From: Nitrospirales bacterium
Lineage (GTDB): Bacteria; Nitrospirota; Nitrospiria; Nitrospirales; UBA8639
Reading direction: 5' to 3'
Assembly (NCBI GenBank): GCA_965203295.1
Contig: CBDBCZ010000011.1
Location: 128,001-192,000 of the forward strand
DNA: 64,000 nt
The notes beneath the pieces are model-generated. The model was not told where the DNA came from and made no database searches. It saw nothing but the letters and a program-made list of their open reading frames with translations. Position 1 is the stretch's first letter; the number at the start of each line of letters is the position of its first letter. A program made the translations under genes and the position numbers. This document shows, one piece after another, positions 52,903 to 64,000 of this stretch.

Positions 52903-55059
52903 TAGGGTTGCCAACGTAAAAATCGAACTTCTCAATATTCAAGTTTCAAATAGCTCACCATCACAACGGTCCAATGCACACTTCAGATCAACCGCCGCTG
53001 ATCGAAAGCGTCCCGTTTTTGGTTTCGAAATTCGCGATTACGTAATGCGACGCTACCGCATGATTTCGGAAAAATTACGCTAAAAATGGTAATCGATAGG
53101 GGGGCCTACTTACGATTATTTTGGCGGGAAATTTGAAGTTGAAAACTGGTGTGTACCTTCACGACAACGCTTGCAAGTGTTCTTTTCAGGTAAGAATGGC
53201 TGGGTGTGGGCAATAGAGGTCAGTTAACAATGCCATGACTTGTCTTGCAGGCCAGCCCACTTCCGCTTAGAGGGTGCAGAAGTGGGCTGGCCCATGAGAC
53301 TATGCCACGATATGGTTATAAACTTGCTGGCCCTTGTGCATGCGCAGCTAGCCTCTAAGACTGCTATATAATCGGTACAAAATTAAAACGGAAAGGCAGG
53401 ATCAGCCAGTAAGAACAGTTCTCTTGGCAACAAGTAGTCTTGTATAGCTGGTCTTGTTTAGACATTGACTGTTCTTTTAAGAATGGCTTCCGACATACGT
53501 TCATGGAATTACAATTCTGCTGCTGGAATCGTTGAGAAATTGCTGCTAAACATCACAGAAATAGAGTCAATTGTACCACCAAATCTTCCAGACTTTCCTA
53601 GTTTTGCCTTTCTGTAGAGATGATGGAACTTTGCTATCACAGTCAGTTTATCTGGCAGTGCCCATTTTCAACAACACAACTCCTGACTGTATAGCACACT
53701 CTCTTTCCGAAGTCACGGTTCAGAATCTCGGCCCTGGAGACTGGAGAGAGGTGTACAAATTACATTAGCTTAGTAATAAGCAGTTAACCTTCATGCACTG
53801 AAATGCCCATTCTAAATGTAATACAGTAATAATTGTGTACATCACGAGTGCATCAGCTGCCATTAGAGTGTGAAGTGTACATGTTATATATCAGCTAGCG
53901 CTGTTGATTTTTATGTTACGTAGAAAAATATAAGTGGCAATAAGTACGTACATACATAAGCGTGAAGAACAGTAGTCTAGTTTTGTGACAGTGAAATGCA
54001 GGCATATATAGAGCGAGTGCAAAATACTTGCTTCATTGGTTTAGCAGCTAGCTCATGCGCTCCTCCTCAGAAAGCACTCTCATTTCCATGTTTGACGTAT
54101 GCTGAGAAATCACCAGATGCGAAGTTTATGCTTCAAAATTTCCATTTTTTATCCCCAGGCACCCCTAAAATGCTGGCTGTGATCTCTCATAGATATGATA
54201 GCTTGATGCCCCCACCCCCAACTCTTAGATCCATGTTAATCATGCGATGAAACACCATATATAGAGGAGAGACTTTACAGCTAGAAAGGACACCCACTTC
54301 TACCAGCTATGCTCACAACCAGTAATTTAAAAAACATTCTCTGTCAACATGTTGTATGTATCATATTGGATAAGCATATACCAGTGTTGATACTTTGACT
54401 CACCTGTAAAAAAGTGGATGTTTCAAGTGGCGTATAGAGAGATATGCATCTCATTCTTGTGCCACTGGATAGGGCAGTTCCCCCACGTGTTCTGCAGGAT
54501 AGGAGCACCGAGGGCTGTCCCTTTCAATTAGCAGTATAATCGCAAACACTTTCGCCGCTACCTTTCCCTGTACATTCTCTATGGGGGAACTTCGGTGGTA
54601 CAGATCAAGTGGCGTATAATAACTTATACGGCAACCATGCGTCTCGTTCAAAGCGGCACCCAAGGTGTATCCAAACGCACCTGGGAGCAAATCGATTCGC
54701 TCTCCTTCCTGCGTTGTATGCACGCCGACGCTCTTCAGCAGCCCCACCCACTACCGTTGCAACGTTATTGGTCTTTCGATAAACCATCCAAACTGCTAGT
54801 TTCCGCAACTTTGCAACTCTAGTCAAGTCTACCTGCACATATCTACTTCGATTTTTTATCATCCGAATGGTTTTGCCAATTCGAATTTGCAATTACCATT
54901 TTTTTCATAATTACGTCATAAAGTTTCACGCTCGTTCTCTGTAATTAGGGAGTCTAGCGATCTCTTTCTTACGGATTAGCGGGTTAGGGCGGTAGGTCAT
55001 TCGAATGCGCTGGGTAGATTTAAAAAGTTTATCACTTCGATTTTTCGTTGGCAACCCTA
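52903..55059. mobile_element. 2.16-kb non-autonomous TIR element (hAT-like ends)
   Basis: TIR TAGGGTTGCCAACG(T/A)AAAA(A)TCGAA; ATATATC duplicated on both sides (7 bp); no transposase visible. Confidence 0.8.
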
Positions 55060-56037
55060 ATATATCCGTCACACTTTGGGTCCCGGGGGGCATTATGCGT
55101 ATGCGTCACGCTGCGGGTCCCGAGGCTCGGAACCAAACCTGGGGACGTGCACGAGCTAGCCACGCGGTCCGGCGCGTAGTGACGACCGTGCCAGTGCCAA
55201 TGGAGGAGCAGTGCAGGCGTGCTTCTGCCAGAGCACGAAAGCGCAAACAAAGCGACGCTGCCTCGGAGGAGACAAAGGAAAAGGAGACAGAGAGTGACAG
55301 ATTGAGGACAAAACCGAAGCTAAAAGACCAAAGAGTGCGGAACCACTAGCCCAGAGGTGCGTACACTTATTAGCTAACAACTCAGTGTTGCTCTTTTTTT
55401 GCTGGAGAAACAGAAGTCACCACTGCGTGAATTTTCGCCTTTGGAGAAGGATGGGCCACCTTTCTTAGATCGTCGAACTCATCGCATTCTCATGCACGCT
55501 TAGCTATTTCTCCTTTCTTTCTGTCAAATTTTCACAGCATTAAACACGTGCTACCAAACCACACCTACTGAATGCTCGCGCGCGAGGCTTACACTGCGTA
55601 TGCGTATCTCTAGTTACGTACAATATTATGTTCATAGTATGGGTAATCTATATCTGCCTCGTTTATAAGGCCATATCATTGTGCCAGTATCCCTCCAGTA
55701 GTATCAGATTTAAGAGACTTGGTCCCTTATCAAACTTTCAAAATATACCTGGACATTGGTGTGGACTTTGCTTGCTCCTGTCCTTTGGACTCATCCAAAT
55801 ACAGCACCTGCAGACTTTTCCAATAAATATATATATCCACTGATGGTTGATGTCTACTCATCCACATAATTTTAATTTATCGGTAGAAAGGGTGTTTCCA
55901 TCTTGAGAGTAATTCTGCAAGGGCAAGAGGGGATAATCAAGGCCCCTTCGATTCCACCATTAAATTCTCTTCCCTTACCACGTCAAATGTCACAGACATT
56001 TCCCCTAACTTTGCTGTACTATAGTCTTGAACGGAAG

Positions 56038-56444
56038 TAGGGATATCGATGAGGCTATTATGCTAAAAAATCTGCCCATTATGCTATTCCATAATGCTCC
56101 AGAGGATGTCCGATTATGCTCTTGATAATCCCTATTATGCTCACAAAAATGTCATGTAAAAATGTTTATAGAACATAATCCCAGAGGTTCAGTGCTTAAT
56201 GAAATGTAAATATTCGATGTTAGCTACTAGCGGGGCTGTACTACCACTATCTGAGTCTAAGTCTGTCACTGTCAAATGGGTTTTACTGGACTACCAGTGC
56301 CAATACTGCTGCTGACAGTGCTACTCTCTTTTCTCCATGTGTGAAAGGTCAATTATGCTCCCGTTTATGCCCGCATTATGCTCACTCTGTAGGACTACCT
56401 ATTATGCCCGGAACTCAGATGCCAGCATAATAGCCTCATCCCTA
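56038..56444. mobile_element. hAT-type MITE
   Basis: TAGGGAT...ATCCCTA ends, 8-bp TSD AACGGAAG (56030-37 and 56445-52), repeated attatgct subterminal motifs. Confidence 0.85.
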
Positions 56445-56619
56445 AACGGAAGTGTGCCAAGTTTCCGCCCCCGGGGGAGGGGAGCCTGGGAACGAGGCAA
56501 AATTTCACCCCTCTCGGGGTCATCCGTTCCGTCGCTTCAGATCAGCTCGACTCAGCTGTCCTTTCTCTCAAACTTGATTTCTGGCTGTTTGACAGTGTGG
56601 ACTGTGAATAAGTCTAAAG

Positions 56620-63977
<7,358 letters not shown>

Positions 63978-64000
63978 GTGGGTTATATTGAGAGCTAATA

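Larger units (their letters stand above)
52320..55615 (+). mobile_element. Helentron-like family B element split by two nested insertions
   Basis: 5' end ttgccgagcgccttagcgcgaggca at 52322; resumes tatatccgtcacactt at ~55061; 3' gcgcgaggc...ctagtt at ~55580-55615. Confidence 0.65.

Overview
Eukaryotic, intron-rich, TE-dense animal DNA, most likely a demosponge (inferred from a sponge-type multi-pass membrane protein tail and short GT-AG introns). In order: (1) the frameshifted 3' end of a multi-pass membrane protein gene; (2) a recent segmental duplication (4153-9250 vs 17708-24346), each copy carrying a two-exon gene for a small secreted cysteine-rich peptide behind a ~255-270-bp tandem array (5 vs 8 units); by hand alignment the two coding sequences differ by 10 non-synonymous and 0 synonymous substitutions; (3) between the copies, a decayed LINE (APE + RT + CCHC) and a micro-exon gene ending in a CACTG-type transposon terminus; (4) a head-to-tail pair of multi-exon dynamin-like GTPase genes with matching intron phases, the second with degenerate G2/G3/G4 motifs; (5) a nested TE stack; (6) the 5' exons of a phospholipid scramblase. 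Helentron-like non-autonomous elements and pogo-, hAT-, piggyBac- and Kolobok-like MITEs are scattered throughout. All gene models were spliced by eye, exon boundaries are approximate to a few bases, and no database searches were run.
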